Of a stretch of 64,000 nt of DNA, positions 32,250-45,012 are shown piece after piece. The position numbers and the translations under genes are program-made. The notes beneath the pieces were generated by a model. It ran no database searches, had not been told where the DNA came from, and saw only the letters and a list, made by a program, of their open reading frames with translations. Position 1 is the first letter of the stretch; every line of letters starts with the position of its first letter. The stretch is from an uncultured Methanomicrobiaceae archaeon. GTDB taxonomy: Archaea > Halobacteriota > Methanomicrobia > Methanomicrobiales > Methanoculleaceae. Location: contig CAWGXH010000004.1 of NCBI GenBank assembly GCA_963826525.1, forward strand, positions 128,001 to 192,000, given 5' to 3'.

Positions 32250-33623
32250 TCACAGGTTCCTTTTCAGATGCTTCCAGACCGGCGAGCACGTGGTGACGTA
32301 CACCTCGCGGGCGAACCTGACCGCCCCTTCAAAGCCGGCCAGACCGTCTTTCCGGTCATGGTTGTGGTCGACGAAGCCGATACCCAGTTTGTAGGCAAGG
32401 ACGCGTTCCTTTACACCGCCTGCCATGACGTCGACGTTCATCTCGAGGAGGAATTTCTCGAGTTCGGCGGGGTTGGCGTCGTCGATGATCACCGTCCCCT
32501 CGTTCAGGAGATCGCTCAGGTTTTCATACTCCTCTTTCTTTCCGGTCTGCGTCCCGGTGAGGACAATCTCCATACCGAGTTCCCGCAGCTGCCGGATGAT
32601 GGCGACCGCCTTGAACGCACCGCCGACGTAGATCGCCGCCCGTTTGCCGGTGAGCTTCGTTCGGCACTTCAGGATCTCCGGTCGAATTCGGTTCGTCTCC
32701 CGCTCGATGAGTGTCTCAGTCCGGCGGACGATCTCTTCGTCCCCATAGAATGCGGCGATCTTCCGGAGACTCTCAGCCGTATTTTCTGCGCCGAAGAAGT
32801 TCACGTCGAGCGAGGGGGTCCCAAACTTCTCTTCGAGCTTGCGTGCAAGCCAGTGCATGGAGCCGGTGCACTGGACGATGTTTAAACATGCTCCGGGCGC
32901 CTGCTTCAGTGCGGCAACAGTGGAATCCCCGGTAAAGGCTACGTTGATCTCGATACCGATCTCCCGCAGGTATCGCTCGACGACCCATTTCTCGCCGCCC
33001 AGGTTGTACTCCCCGAGAAAGTTGAGCTTCCGGGTCTTCGGGGCGACCTCTCCCTCTTTCGGGGTGATTAACCGGAGCAGCGCTTCGGCGGCGGCCCGGT
33101 ACCCGACAACCTTGTTGCCGGAGATAAAGCCGCTCGATTCGACCGGGATCACATCGATACCGTGCCGGTGTGACGCATCTTTGCAGACGGCGGTGATATC
33201 GTCACCTATCATCCCGACGACGCAGGTCGAGTAGACGAAGACCGCCGGGGGGCGGTACTTCGCGACCACATCGTCGATACAGGCGGTAAGCTTCGTCTCC
33301 CCGCCGAATACCACGTCTCTCTCTTTCATGTCGGTGGAAAAACTGTTCCGGTACATCTCGGAACCGCTCGACAGACTCCCCCGGATATCCCACGTGTAGG
33401 TTGCGCAGCCGATAGGGCCGTGGACGAGGTGGATTGCATCCGTCACCGGATTCAATACCACCCGTGCCCCGCAAAACACGCAGGCACGCTGACTGACGGA
33501 TCCCGCGAGGCTATCGTCGGTGCAGTGTATACTGCTCTTGTTCTTCCCCGTGGTTATGATGGAGTTTTGACGTTCCGTGATGAACTCAGGCGATCCGCCG
33601 GTCAGCGAACAGGTATTCTCCAT
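32250..33623 (-). CDS. nifE: FeMo-cofactor scaffold NifE
   Basis: SQRACVFCGA, HGPIGC, TCVVGMIGDD, VQC. Confidence 0.92.
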   Translation of the reverse strand: MENTCSLTGGSPEFITERQNSIITTGKNKSSIHCTDDSLAGSVSQRACVFCGARVVLNPVTDAIHLVHGPIGCATYTWDIRGSLSSGSEMYRNSFSTDMKERDVVFGGETKLTACIDDVVAKYRPPAVFVYSTCVVGMIGDDITAVCKDASHRHGIDVIPVESSGFISGNKVVGYRAAAEALLRLITPKEGEVAPKTRKLNFLGEYNLGGEKWVVERYLREIGIEINVAFTGDSTVAALKQAPGACLNIVQCTGSMHWLARKLEEKFGTPSLDVNFFGAENTAESLRKIAAFYGDEEIVRRTETLIERETNRIRPEILKCRTKLTGKRAAIYVGGAFKAVAIIRQLRELGMEIVLTGTQTGKKEEYENLSDLLNEGTVIIDDANPAELEKFLLEMNVDVMAGGVKERVLAYKLGIGFVDHNHDRKDGLAGFEGAVRFAREVYVTTCSPVWKHLKRNL

Positions 33624-33652
33624 ACTCCATCACCTCTCTTCTGTGCTCCTTG

Positions 33653-35020
33653 TTACAGTACAAGTTCGTAATCTTCGTCCAGACAGTCGCGGTCCCGCCG
33701 CTCGAGCAGTGCGTTACTGATCATCTCGATCAACCGGAGGCACCCCCTATAGCCGACGATCGGCATCAGGGGGTGCACGGCCCTGTCGAATATCGGGAAC
33801 CCGACCCGTACGAGGGGAATATCCAGAGCCCGTGCCATGTACTTACCGTGCGAGGTGCCGACCAGGAGATCGACCGGGTGTTCCTTGATCCAGGCATGAA
33901 CCTCGAAGAGGTCGCCCTCGGCCTTGACCATGCCCTCCTCGACCCCTGCAGCTTCGAGCATCTGCCGGATCTGGACTTCAAACTGGCTGCCGGGAGTGCC
34001 GGTGACCACGCACGACGGGAGCATGCCCATCGTCAGGAGAAACTCCGTCAGCGCGATCACGGTGTCCGGGTCTCCGAAGACGGCGACCTTCTTCCCCTGG
34101 TAGTGGTAATGCGTGTCGATGAGGGTGTCCACGACCTGCCCCCGTTCAATGGCGATCGACCGGGGTACGGTCACACCGAATCCCTCTTTGAGTGCCATGA
34201 TGAAATCGTCGGTCGCCTTCAGGCCGATGGGGAGCTTTAACGGCACCGCCGGGACATCGCATTTCTCCTGGAGGAGTCCGGCGGCAGCGTCCGATGACCA
34301 GGCACCGAGGGAGAGCGTGAACTTCGAATTACCCGAATCGCGGATCTCGTCGATCGTTGCACCACCCTCCGGATACATGGCGTACTTGTCCGTCAGCGGC
34401 GAATCGAGTACGTTCGAGGTATCCGGGAAGAGGATCAGCGGTATGCCAAGTTCGCCGACGATGCGCCTGATCTCCCGCATGTCACCCGGATTGACGAACC
34501 CAGGCAGGACGTTGACCTGCTCCTTCTTCCGGTCGCCGTCGGACTCGGCAAGGTAGGAGACCATGCCTTTGCACATGTTCGCAAAGCCGGTGATGTGCGA
34601 TCCCTGGTAACTCGGCGTGTTGGCATGAATGACGATCTTTCCTTCCGGGATCTCCGTCTGCTTGATGATGTTCGGAATGTCGTCTCCTATCGTCTCGCTC
34701 AGGCAGGTGGTATGCACCGCCATGACCTCGGGGTCGTAGATCTCAAAGACGTTCTTGATCGACGTCTTTAAGTTCGCCGCTCCGCCGAAGACCGACGCTC
34801 CCTCCGTGAAGGAGCTCGACGACGCCATCGCCGGGTCACGGAAATGGCGGGTGAGCGCCATCCGGTGGTACGCGCAGCAGCCCTGCGATCCGTGGCTGTG
34901 GGGCAGGCAGCCGTGTATGCCGAGTGCGGCATACATGGCTCCGAGCGGCTGGCACGTTTTTACAGGATTTATCTTGCCCGCAGTATGTTTCACCGGCCCT
35001 TCCGGCATGCATTCAAGCAT
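33653..35020 (-). CDS. nifK: Nitrogenase MoFe protein beta chain
   Basis: NPVKTCQPLGA, HGSQGCCAY, TCLSETIGDD, TPSYQGSH, GFPIFDR. Confidence 0.95.
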   Translation of the reverse strand: MLECMPEGPVKHTAGKINPVKTCQPLGAMYAALGIHGCLPHSHGSQGCCAYHRMALTRHFRDPAMASSSSFTEGASVFGGAANLKTSIKNVFEIYDPEVMAVHTTCLSETIGDDIPNIIKQTEIPEGKIVIHANTPSYQGSHITGFANMCKGMVSYLAESDGDRKKEQVNVLPGFVNPGDMREIRRIVGELGIPLILFPDTSNVLDSPLTDKYAMYPEGGATIDEIRDSGNSKFTLSLGAWSSDAAAGLLQEKCDVPAVPLKLPIGLKATDDFIMALKEGFGVTVPRSIAIERGQVVDTLIDTHYHYQGKKVAVFGDPDTVIALTEFLLTMGMLPSCVVTGTPGSQFEVQIRQMLEAAGVEEGMVKAEGDLFEVHAWIKEHPVDLLVGTSHGKYMARALDIPLVRVGFPIFDRAVHPLMPIVGYRGCLRLIEMISNALLERRDRDCLDEDYELVL

Positions 35021-36639
35021 TGATATCACTCCCTGCTTCGTCTTCTTTCTCCCATGGAGCGACGATCATCTTCCACGCAGGCGTCGAAAGGGCGGCTGCC
35101 ACATCCCGCGCAAAGTTAATCGCCCCATTAAAGCCGGCATACGGCCCGCTGTAGTCGTAGGAGTGCAGCTGTTTCGACGGCACTCCGAGTTTCTGAGATA
35201 TGTACTTGTCCCTGACTCCCGAGAAGATCATATCGGGTTTCAGAATTTCAACCAATTCCTCGGTCTCGTAGTGGTTGCAGTCGTCAATGAGGATATGCCC
35301 GTCTTTCATAGTCGGATACATCCCCTCGTAGTCGCCGAGCGAGACGGATTTTCTGAGCTCGTCATACTTCTCCCGGGACATGTTCAGGTGAAGATGCGGC
35401 TCTTTGTAGAGATCCGGATCCGGTTCGAGGTGAAGTTCGGGAATATTTTTCGAGTCGGCATCGCTTTTGATAGTCGGAATAACCTGGCGTCCTTCGTAGT
35501 CGTCGCGGTGGGCAAACTCATACCCTGCAACCACAACCTCCATGCCGAGATCACGGAGGAGATACTGGTAATGGTGGCTGCGGGACCCGCCGACGAATAT
35601 GAAGGCCGTTTTGCCGTCGCAGATCTTGCAGTGACTGTTCGAGCACCGGAGTGATCCGGGCAAGTTCCCGCTCGATAACGACCTCGGTCCGCTCGATGAG
35701 CGCCGGATCGCCGAAACATTGTGCCAGCTCCCGGAGTGTTTGCATGGTTGCAGTAACACCGATGAAATTGCATTTCAGCCACGGCGTGCCGTACTTCGTC
35801 TCCATCATCTCGGCGATGTAGTTGATCGAACGGTGGCACTGCACGAGATTGAGGTGAGCCTGGTGCAGATTTTTGATCTTCAGGTAACTCGAATCTCCGG
35901 TCAGCACGGAGTTTACTGTGTAACCGATATCCGTCAGGATACGCTCGAGTTCCCACCCGTCGCCGCCGATGTTGTACTCACCGAGGAGGTTGATGACGTA
36001 GTTTTCGCCCACCTTCTCTGTGCCTTTGCCGATAATCCGCTCCATCAGATTATTATTAGCGATGTGGTGGCCTGCCGACTGGCTGACACCCTTGTAGCCC
36101 TCGCAGTTGTAGGAGATCACCTGGATGCCGTGGCGTTCCTCCGCTGCTTTCGCCACTGCACTGATATCGTCTCCGATGAGGCCTACGGGGCAGGTGGCAC
36201 AGATATTGATCGCCCTCGGATGGAACATCTCGACGACCTCGTCGATCATCTTCGCGAGTTTCTTCTCACCGCCGAAGACAATGTCGCTCTCCTGCATATC
36301 CGTGGAGAAGCAGAGCGTCGAGTAGATCTTATCCGGGGGTGTCGTATCGTCAGCCCGGGCTTTGTTCCTGCGTGTTCCCCAGCTGTAGTATGCGCAGCCG
36401 ATCGGGCCGTGAGTGATAGTGACCATATCCTTGATAGGCCCGATAACCACACCCTTGCACCCGGCATACGCACACCCTCGCTGGGATATGATACCGGGTA
36501 TCGTTCGCGTATTCGCCTCTATCTGCGGACAGGTTCCGGCCGCTTCGTCTTTGACGATGAGATGTTTCTTTCGATTTTTCCTGACTTTATCAGGGTACTG
36601 GCTGCTCATCTCGTCCAGTTGGTCATCGATAGTCGTCAT
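35013..36639 (-). CDS. nifD: Nitrogenase MoFe protein alpha chain (frameshift near 35635)
   Basis: RGCAYAG, HGPIGC, CPVGLIGDD, GVSQSAGHH, VQCHRS, GGSRSHH, EFAHRDDY, LHSYDYSGPY. Confidence 0.95.
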
Positions 36640-36654
36640 GGTGCCCCGCTTCCT

Positions 36655-37074
36655 TTACCAGATAGCCGCATCGCCTGATTCACCTGTTCTCACACGGATC
36701 GCATCCGAGACAGGCAGGACAAAGATCGCGCCGTCCCCAACCCCGCGCTCGGTCCGGTTGACCCGGGTTATCGCCTCGACGATCCTGGGTACGTCCTCGT
36801 CATATGCAAGGATCGTAAAGAGCCGCCGTGGGAAGAACCGCGAGTCGTCGAGGAAGGTCATGACCTGCTCTTCGGCATCCTTTTCCTCGTTGACATCGTC
36901 TATAGCCATAGCCAGGAGTTTTTCCTTACATGGCACGATGACCTCCGGGTCTTCGACCAGTTTGCCCCTGCCGAGAACCTTGACAACAGTAAACCCCGCC
37001 ACTCCGGCCTCGATAAGGGCTTTTTTGGTCACCCCTGTCTTTTTCATCCGCACGATGGCCATAATCTCTTTCAT
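36655..37074 (-). CDS. nifI2: PII-family nitrogenase regulator NifI2
   Basis: MKEIMAIVR, VLGRGK, GVGDGAIFVLPV, RVRTGE; lies between nifI1 and nifD. Confidence 0.9.
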   Translation of the reverse strand: MKEIMAIVRMKKTGVTKKALIEAGVAGFTVVKVLGRGKLVEDPEVIVPCKEKLLAMAIDDVNEEKDAEEQVMTFLDDSRFFPRRLFTILAYDEDVPRIVEAITRVNRTERGVGDGAIFVLPVSDAIRVRTGESGDAAIW

Positions 37075-37090
37075 CGGCGTATCCTCCCGT

Positions 37091-37418
37091 TCATAACCCG
37101 GGGCTGCCTCGCGAGATGGTGTAGGCCTCTTCGAGGGGGCTGACGAAGATCTTTCCATCGCCGAACGCCCCGTTCTCGCCGGTCCTGGCGGTCTCGAGGA
37201 TCGTCTTGACGATCGCATCTTTATCCTCGTCGTTGATGGCCATCAGAATAAGGGACTTCGGGATCTCGTCATAGACGATATTCCCGATCTTGATGCCCTT
37301 CTGCTTGCCGCGCCCTACGACATCCACCATGGTCGCGGAGTGGAATCCCGACGATGATAACGCTGCAAGGTACTTCGTCCTTCTTCTCCGGCCTGACTAT
37401 CGCTCTTACAAGTAACAT
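37091..37418 (-). CDS. nifI1: PII-family nitrogenase regulator NifI1 (frameshift near 37368)
   Basis: MLLVRAIVRPEK, GRGKQKG, YDEIPK, GAFGDGKIFVS. Confidence 0.9.
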
Positions 37419-37440
37419 TCTATTCACGCTCCGGATGGTA

Positions 37441-38271
<831 letters not shown>

Positions 38272-38320
38272 TCAATCTGTTGCCACTACAGCATTGGCGG
38301 TTACAATATTTATCATTATC

Positions 38321-38334
38321 GGAAGGAAACTTCC
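38321..38334. promoter_or_regulatory. NrpR nitrogen-repressor operator
   Basis: GGAA-GGAAAC-TTCC matches GGAA-N6-TTCC exactly; just downstream of the minus-strand TTTATATA box (38352-38345) of nifH. Confidence 0.85.
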
Positions 38335-38502
38335 TTCTTACAGTATATAAATATATCTAATTTTGGCGAGAGGGAGAGCCAAAACACAGGAATCGAATAA
38401 TGCATAAAGGGCAGAATAAGAATTAGGGGGATTTAATGAGGCAATATGACAATGAAAAGTCAAAAAAGAGGTATATCCTGAAAAGGGCTTATAAAATCCA
38501 GA

Positions 38503-39730
38503 TTATGTACCGATATCCCAGCTCGTCATGTAGATGACCTGTTTCTCGGTCAGAGTATCGATCGCAATCCCGAGCGCGTCCAATTTGAGGCGTGCAATCA
38601 GTTCGTCAATCTCATTCGGCACCTCGTAGACGCCACCGGGAAGGGTCCTGCCGGCTTTCGCGATGTACTCGGCGCTGAGCGCCTGAACGGCGAAACTCAA
38701 GTCCATCACCTCGATGGGGTGCCCCATTCCTTTCGGCACGGCGAGGTTGACGAGGCGCCCCTCCGCGAGGACGTGGACGGTCTTGTTGCCGAGCAGGTAC
38801 GAGTCGATGCCGTCGCGCCGCTCGATCGCATCTGCATGCTCCTCGAGCCAGTCGACCTCGATCTCGACGTTGAAGTGGCCGGCATTCGAGAGAATTGCAC
38901 CGTTCTTCATCATTGGGAAGTGGCGGTGCGTGATGATCCCCGCATTCCCGGTCGTGGTGACGAAGAGGTCGCCGACCGCTGCCGCCTCGTCCATCGTCAT
39001 GACGGCAAACCCGTCCATGTGCGCCTGCAGCGCCCGCCGCGGGTCGACCTCGGTGACGATGACCCGTGCTCCAAGGCCGCTTGCCTTCTCTGCAAGGCCT
39101 CGCCCGCAGTAGCCGTAGCCTGCGACGACGAGATGTTTGCCGGCGATCAGGATGTTCGTCGTCGTCATGATGGCAGTGAGCGAGCTCTCGCCGGTGCCAT
39201 GGACGTTGTCGAAGAACCGCTTCATCGGAGTGTCGTTGACGGCGATGACAGGAAACTCGAGTTTGCCCTCTTTCGCCATCGCGCGGAGACGGTGGATACC
39301 GGTCGTCGTCTCCTCGCAGCCGCCGACGATCGACTCCAGCAGCTCTCCGCCGCCCCGTATGGATACGGTGGATGAGGTCCATCCCGTCGTCGATGGTGAC
39401 AGCCGGCCGGGCATCGAGAACCCTGTCGATGGCGGCGTAGTACTCCTCAACACTGCACGCCCTCTTTGCATAGCAATGAACGCGCGGGCGCTCGTTCAGC
39501 GCAGCCGCAACGTCGTCCTGGGTCGAGAGAGGATTACAACCCGTGATGTACACCTCCGCACCTCCGGCCGCGAGCGTCTCGACGAGCACCGCCGTCTTTG
39601 CCTCGACGTGAAGCGCCATGCCGATCGTCGTGCCTGCAAAGGGTTGTTCACGCTCGAATCGCTCTCTGATGGATGAGAGCACCGGCATGTACTGCCGTGC
39701 CCACGTTATCTTCTGTTCTCCCGAGTTCAT
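38503..39730 (-). CDS. ahcY: S-adenosyl/S-inosyl-homocysteine hydrolase (frameshift near 39350)
   Basis: [50 protein letters not shown]. Confidence 0.95.
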
Positions 39731-39869
39731 GAAAAGCACCTGTAACGATGAAGTGAACGCACCCCATCCGATCGTCCATAAAGGTTCCCCGTCGCAATAC
39801 TTAAATCCCCATCCATGGGAGCCTCGCGTTTCGGAAACCATCAAGACATCCCTCATCCCACCAGTATCC

Positions 39870-40676
39870 ATGGTTCTGACAAAGCGGATCATCCCCTGCC
39901 TGGATCTCAAGGACGGCCGTGTGGTCAAGGGCACCTACTTCCAGAATCTCCGGGATGCAGGCGATCCCGTCGAGCTTGCGCAGCGGTATAACGAACAGGG
40001 AGCGGATGAGGTCGTCTTTCTCGACATCACTGCATCGAAGGAGCAGCGGGGTACGATCATCGACGTCGTCCAGCGGGCCGCCGATCAGCTCTTCCTTCCC
40101 CTCACCGTCGGCGGAGGAATCCGTGCTCTTGACGATATGCACCAGATACTCCGTGCCGGCGCCGACAAAGTGAGTATCAACACGAGCGCCGTTCAGGACC
40201 CGACCCTGATCAGCAGGGGAGCAGAGCGCTTTGGCACCCAGTGCATCGTCGTCGCCATGGACGTGCGGCGAAACTTCGAGGTATCGCCGGAGAGGAATTG
40301 CGTCGCCCTGCCGGACGGCCGGGAGTGCTGGTATGAGGTCGTCATCTACGGCGGCAGCAAACCGACCGGCATCGACGCGATCGCATGGGCAGAAGAGGCG
40401 GAAGACCGCGGTGCCGGGGAGATCCTCCTCACGAGCATGGAGACCGACGGGACGAAAAACGGGTTTGATATTCCGATCACCTCCGCCATCTCGGGCAGAG
40501 TCGGGATCCCCGTCATCGCAAGCGGTGGGGTCGGCACCCTCGACCACTTCTACGACGGGTTTACCGCAGGGAGAGCGGATGCCTGCCTCGCGGCAAGCGT
40601 CTTCCACTACGGGGAGTTCACGGTGCACCAGGTGAAGGAACACCTGGCTGCCAGGGGTATCCCGGTACGGCTCTGA
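39870..40676 (+). CDS. hisF: Imidazole glycerol phosphate synthase cyclase subunit
   Basis: [41 protein letters not shown]. Confidence 0.97.
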   Translation: MVLTKRIIPCLDLKDGRVVKGTYFQNLRDAGDPVELAQRYNEQGADEVVFLDITASKEQRGTIIDVVQRAADQLFLPLTVGGGIRALDDMHQILRAGADKVSINTSAVQDPTLISRGAERFGTQCIVVAMDVRRNFEVSPERNCVALPDGRECWYEVVIYGGSKPTGIDAIAWAEEAEDRGAGEILLTSMETDGTKNGFDIPITSAISGRVGIPVIASGGVGTLDHFYDGFTAGRADACLAASVFHYGEFTVHQVKEHLAARGIPVRL

Positions 40677-42273
40677 GGTCGAGCTCGAGAGCTGCGACGG
40701 AGTGCTCGAGCTCGAAGCCGCCGAGCACCGACGGGTGAATCTCGCCGAAGACCCCTACTTTTTTGTTGTTGACGAAGATGTCACCGCGACGGCCGTCGAT
40801 GAATGCGGGATCCTCCGACTCCGTAACCGAATAGGCAAGGCCGAGTTCGCGGCAGAGCACATCGGCGGCGGCGTAGGCCTCGGAGAAGTCGGCCCCCGGA
40901 TGGATGCTGACCGCTGCAGCCGTCTGGCGGACGGCCATATCTTCGACGACATCGCCAACCGCAAAGAGACGCTGCGGCAGTTCACGGTGTTTGTTGAACT
41001 GCAGCGTCTCCATCAGCAGCGGGAGAATATCGGTCCTGACGACGGTCTGCTCTTCCGATATGGGGTGCAAGACCCGGAGTGCCGCGGGGGAGCGCTCGCG
41101 CTGCATCCGGTCGAAGAGTATCCGCTCGTTCGTCAGCGTAAACGGCATCACCTCGAGATAGCCGAGGCCGACGAATATGGACCGCGTAACTCCCATCAGG
41201 GCATTGATCGGATGCTCCTGTGCGGTGGTAAAGGTCGGCGGCAGCTCAGCAGCGAAATGCTCGTATCCGTACGCGATCGCCACGTCCTCAAAGACGTCCC
41301 AGTCGTGCAGAATATCCGCCCGGTAGCAGGGAACCCGGACACGAAGCAGCCCGTCGCCCGCAGGCTCCGCACCGAACCGCATCTTCCGGAGGAGTGCTGC
41401 CATCGACTCCGCCGTCAGCGGGATGCCGAGCAGTCCAGCGCACTCATCCACACTGACCTGCCGCTCCGCCGGCGCAAGCGACGGCATCTCGAGGCCGTCG
41501 ACGGTAACGGACTCTATCGTCGCCCCCGCCTCGGCGAGAGCGGTGCAGATGATGTTCACGGCGATCATCACCGCCCGTTTATCGGTGCCGGTCGTATCGA
41601 GGAGGATGTTTCGAGTCTCGGTCGTCACCCGCGTCAGTTCGCCGTTGATGATCGGCGGGAACGAGAGCACCCGGTCGTCGGCATCGACGATCAGCGGGAA
41701 GCGGGGGAAATCCTGTACGAGGCGGGCGTAGTCACGCCCTTTCGGGTGTTCCGCGAGCATCTCGTCGAGCGTCATCTCCCGCTCAAAGTCGAGCGGCACG
41801 AAGGAGCGGTCACGCGGCGATGCGATGTAGCGGAACGGGGGCGTGACCCTATCGAGGTCGTGAACGCCTATCGCCACCTTGGCACGGCCGCGGCCGACCG
41901 CCCAGTGCAGCGCCTCCTGCAGCCCCATCAGGCTCTCGATCGCTTCTTCGTCGAGCGAGACGTTCCGGATCACCGCAGAGCCGAGGAAGGGCCGGATCTC
42001 GGCAAGCCCGGGATCGACCGAGAAGGCTATCCCTGACGGGCGGACATCATAGATGTTCAGTCCCTCCTCTATCCCGAGGAAACCCCGCATGGCGCGGGCG
42101 ACCCCTTCGGTGGAGAAGAGATCGGGGCGGTCAGGGAAAAACTCGATATCGGCGTGGTCGTCTTCTATCCGCTCGATATCGGCACCGATCATCGGCACCC
42201 GGTCGATGATCGTCTTCCGGTCGGTGCCGGTCAGCCGTTCGAGATATGCATAGGGCAGGGTAATAATCGGCAT
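40618..42273 (-). CDS. pheT: Phenylalanyl-tRNA synthetase beta subunit
   Basis: [35 protein letters not shown]; follows pheS. Confidence 0.95.
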   Translation of the reverse strand: MPIITLPYAYLERLTGTDRKTIIDRVPMIGADIERIEDDHADIEFFPDRPDLFSTEGVARAMRGFLGIEEGLNIYDVRPSGIAFSVDPGLAEIRPFLGSAVIRNVSLDEEAIESLMGLQEALHWAVGRGRAKVAIGVHDLDRVTPPFRYIASPRDRSFVPLDFEREMTLDEMLAEHPKGRDYARLVQDFPRFPLIVDADDRVLSFPPIINGELTRVTTETRNILLDTTGTDKRAVMIAVNIICTALAEAGATIESVTVDGLEMPSLAPAERQVSVDECAGLLGIPLTAESMAALLRKMRFGAEPAGDGLLRVRVPCYRADILHDWDVFEDVAIAYGYEHFAAELPPTFTTAQEHPINALMGVTRSIFVGLGYLEVMPFTLTNERILFDRMQRERSPAALRVLHPISEEQTVVRTDILPLLMETLQFNKHRELPQRLFAVGDVVEDMAVRQTAAAVSIHPGADFSEAYAAADVLCRELGLAYSVTESEDPAFIDGRRGDIFVNNKKVGVFGEIHPSVLGGFELEHSVAALELDLRAVPGYPWQPGVPSPGAP

Positions 42274-42286
42274 GCTTCTCTCTCCC

Positions 42287-43744
42287 TCACTCGCCGCCGG
42301 ATGGCTGTCTGCCGACGATCGGTGTCTCCCGTATCCATTCTATATCGCTGCGGTAGAGCTGCCGGAGGTCCTTGAGCCCGACCTTCAGCATGGCAAGCCG
42401 GCTCACGCCGAGTCCCCAGGCGAGCACCGGATGTTTGATGCCGCACGGGGCGGTGACTTCCTGGCGGAAGATGCCTGCCCCGCCGAGCTCCACCCAGCCA
42501 AGACCGTCCACCCAGACCTCGGGCTCCACGGACGGCTCGGTGTACGGGAAGTAGGCCGGCCGGAACCGAACGTCTTCAAAGCCCATCTTCCCGTAAAACT
42601 CCTTTAAGAGACCGAGCAGGTGGCTGAAGGTTACACCTTCGTCCATCACGATACCCTCGAGCTGCTCGAACTCCGGGAGGTGGGTCGGGTCGATCGTCTC
42701 CCGCCGGTACACCCGGCCGATGCAGAAGGCCTTTACCGGCGGCTTTGGATGCTCTGCGAGGTGCTGGATGGAGAGGCTGGTCGTGTGCGTCCGGAGTACG
42801 CACTGCTGCGCCTTTTTGCTGCTCCAGACGCCTCCCCACCCGGTGGACGAGGTCTCCCCGCCGTGCTCGTGCATATCCCGGACCCGCTCGAAACCTGCCG
42901 GGAGCGGCCACTCTTCACCGAGGAAGAAGGTGTCCTGCATCTCGCGTGCCGGGTGGTCCTGCGGCTGGAAGAGGGCGTCGAAGTTCCAGAACGAGCTCTG
43001 GACGATACTGCCGTGGATCTCGGTAAAGCCCATATCCAGGAGAATTCTCCGCATATCGTCGAGCATCCGCTGGTAAGGATGCACTTTTCCGGGGTAGATC
43101 CTCTTTGGAAGTTTCTCCACGCTGTAGCGGCGGAGATTGAGATCATTCCACTCACCGGTGATGATCTGCTCCCGGGTGAGCGTGCCCACCTCTTCACGGA
43201 GATCGAGCCCGCGGCGGGCGAGGGCGCGGCCTTCCGGCGTGATCGCAACGGTGTACGTAACGGTCTCGTCCTCCTGCACGAGTCCGCGCTTCCGGAGCTC
43301 GGCGATCCCCTCACCACCCTCGTCTACGGGACCCTTCGTGAGCTTCGCAAAAACGAGCTCGTCCGCTCCGAGTTCAGGGCTCCCATCCTTCCGGACGATC
43401 CCGTCCCGGATGGTGATCCAGCCTTTTTTCCGCATCTGACCGATCCCGATCTTCGCGAGCGGGTGCTGCTGGAGATCCCGCATGGGAATCTCTTCGGCAA
43501 AACTCTCGAGCAATTGCCGTTCGGGGAGACCGGCTCCCGCGTACTTCGCTCCTTCTTCAGTCAGGGTATCGACTGTTCTGACGTGCCGCTTAAGCGTCGC
43601 GAGACCGCGATCGCTCGCAAGGAGGGCGTACTGCACCACCGCCTCTTTTCGCGCATCCATCCGGTCGGCAAGGGTTGCAGCATCGGCTGAGCCAAGGGGC
43701 TCGAGAGCGACGAGCAGTCTCTTTTCGTTTAATGTCAGTTCCAC
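42287..43744 (-). CDS. pheS: Phenylalanyl-tRNA synthetase alpha subunit
   Basis: [39 protein letters not shown]. Confidence 0.97.
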   Translation of the reverse strand: MELTLNEKRLLVALEPLGSADAATLADRMDARKEAVVQYALLASDRGLATLKRHVRTVDTLTEEGAKYAGAGLPERQLLESFAEEIPMRDLQQHPLAKIGIGQMRKKGWITIRDGIVRKDGSPELGADELVFAKLTKGPVDEGGEGIAELRKRGLVQEDETVTYTVAITPEGRALARRGLDLREEVGTLTREQIITGEWNDLNLRRYSVEKLPKRIYPGKVHPYQRMLDDMRRILLDMGFTEIHGSIVQSSFWNFDALFQPQDHPAREMQDTFFLGEEWPLPAGFERVRDMHEHGGETSSTGWGGVWSSKKAQQCVLRTHTTSLSIQHLAEHPKPPVKAFCIGRVYRRETIDPTHLPEFEQLEGIVMDEGVTFSHLLGLLKEFYGKMGFEDVRFRPAYFPYTEPSVEPEVWVDGLGWVELGGAGIFRQEVTAPCGIKHPVLAWGLGVSRLAMLKVGLKDLRQLYRSDIEWIRETPIVGRQPSGGE

Positions 43745-43747
43745 CGG

Positions 43748-45001
43748 TTACACCTCCACCATATGCTCCACCGCATCCATCTTCTCACGCAGGTCTTTGA
43801 CGAAAGAAACGACCCGCTCGAAGGTCTCCTTCTTGCACTGTCCACAGGTCAGCTCGCCCCCGACGCACCGGCGGCGGATCTCGGCGAGTTCGGCATCGTC
43901 TTCGACCATGTGAAAGAGGTTTAAGAGGTAGACGGAGCAGCGGTCCGGCTCGCCGCCGAGCTCTTTCTGCTCTTCGAGGGTCATCCGCCCGCCGGTCAAT
44001 GCCGACATCACCTTCTTTTTAATCGCTTTCTCGGGCTCGTAGAAGCCGAACGAGCTCTCCGGGACGCTGCTTGACATCTTGCCGCCCTGCAGGCCGGGCA
44101 TAAAGATATGGTAGGTCGACGACGGCGAGTAGAACCCGAAACCACCATGCTCGATCTCGATTCCCCGGACGACCTCACTGACCCGGCCGAAGGGCACACC
44201 CCTGATATCCACGTGTGCCTCGTACTTCTTCGAGCCCGGGAATGCACGGTGCACGGCAGCGATCGCCGGTTCAGGGGCGTTCTTCGACCTGACCGAGACG
44301 TACTCGCCCCGGTCCTCGACGGTAAACATCCGGAGTTTGTGCGCCACGTCGCGGGTAAGCCGGATATGCGGGTCCTGATCGATCCCCACCGGCACGATCG
44401 TGGGGGCAGGGCCTGCATCGAGCTGAGGGTAGAGAATATCCGCCACCTGGGTGATCACGCTCATCGCGTGAGAGAGAGACGTTTCCGGCCCGAACCCGTA
44501 GATGGCTGAGAGATCGGAGAAGTTCACCTTGGTGGACGCCTCAAACGCCAGGTCTTTTAGGCGGTTATTCCGGCTCTGGAAGTACGTCGTCCCCTCAAAG
44601 CCGAGTGCATAGAGGCACTTGAGGTACTCTCTGCCGTACTCCCGGCACTTCTCCCACGATATCCCCCGGACGGCATGTGCCTCACGGTCGGCGATAGCGA
44701 TATAGCCGGTCCCGCCCTGCCGGACGTGCCAGACGACCTCTTTCATGACCATCAAGTGTCCGAGATGGGGAAGACCGGACGGCATGAAGCCGGTGAGTAC
44801 GTGGAACGGCTTCTTATCCCGTATCGCATCGACTATCGGCTGATAGTCGCGGTGACCGACGACGATCCCTCTCCGCATGAACGACGGGATCTCAGGAAGC
44901 CTCTCTGCGACCGGCATGATCGGTTCGATGCCGAACTCGGAGAAGAGTTTCCCGATATCGCCGGTCTGGTTATTCGACCATGGATTTATTCCGGATTGCA
45001 T
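43748..45001 (-). CDS. trpS: Tryptophanyl-tRNA synthetase
   Basis: TGFMPSG, HLGH, QVADIL, GIDQDPH, KMSSS. Confidence 0.96.
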   Translation of the reverse strand: MQSGINPWSNNQTGDIGKLFSEFGIEPIMPVAERLPEIPSFMRRGIVVGHRDYQPIVDAIRDKKPFHVLTGFMPSGLPHLGHLMVMKEVVWHVRQGGTGYIAIADREAHAVRGISWEKCREYGREYLKCLYALGFEGTTYFQSRNNRLKDLAFEASTKVNFSDLSAIYGFGPETSLSHAMSVITQVADILYPQLDAGPAPTIVPVGIDQDPHIRLTRDVAHKLRMFTVEDRGEYVSVRSKNAPEPAIAAVHRAFPGSKKYEAHVDIRGVPFGRVSEVVRGIEIEHGGFGFYSPSSTYHIFMPGLQGGKMSSSVPESSFGFYEPEKAIKKKVMSALTGGRMTLEEQKELGGEPDRCSVYLLNLFHMVEDDAELAEIRRRCVGGELTCGQCKKETFERVVSFVKDLREKMDAVEHMVEV

Positions 45002-45012
45002 GGAAACGATCC

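Noticed and set aside
29874-36639. Fe-only or V nitrogenase suggested by the AnfO-like gene
   Set aside because: There is no G subunit between D and K, NifD has the Mo-type HSYDY context and the Group II insertion, and nifEN and modABC are present.
40618-40676. 59-bp convergent overlap of hisF and pheT as an antisense regulatory device
   Set aside because: Short 3' overlaps are common in compact GC-rich genomes; there is no further evidence.
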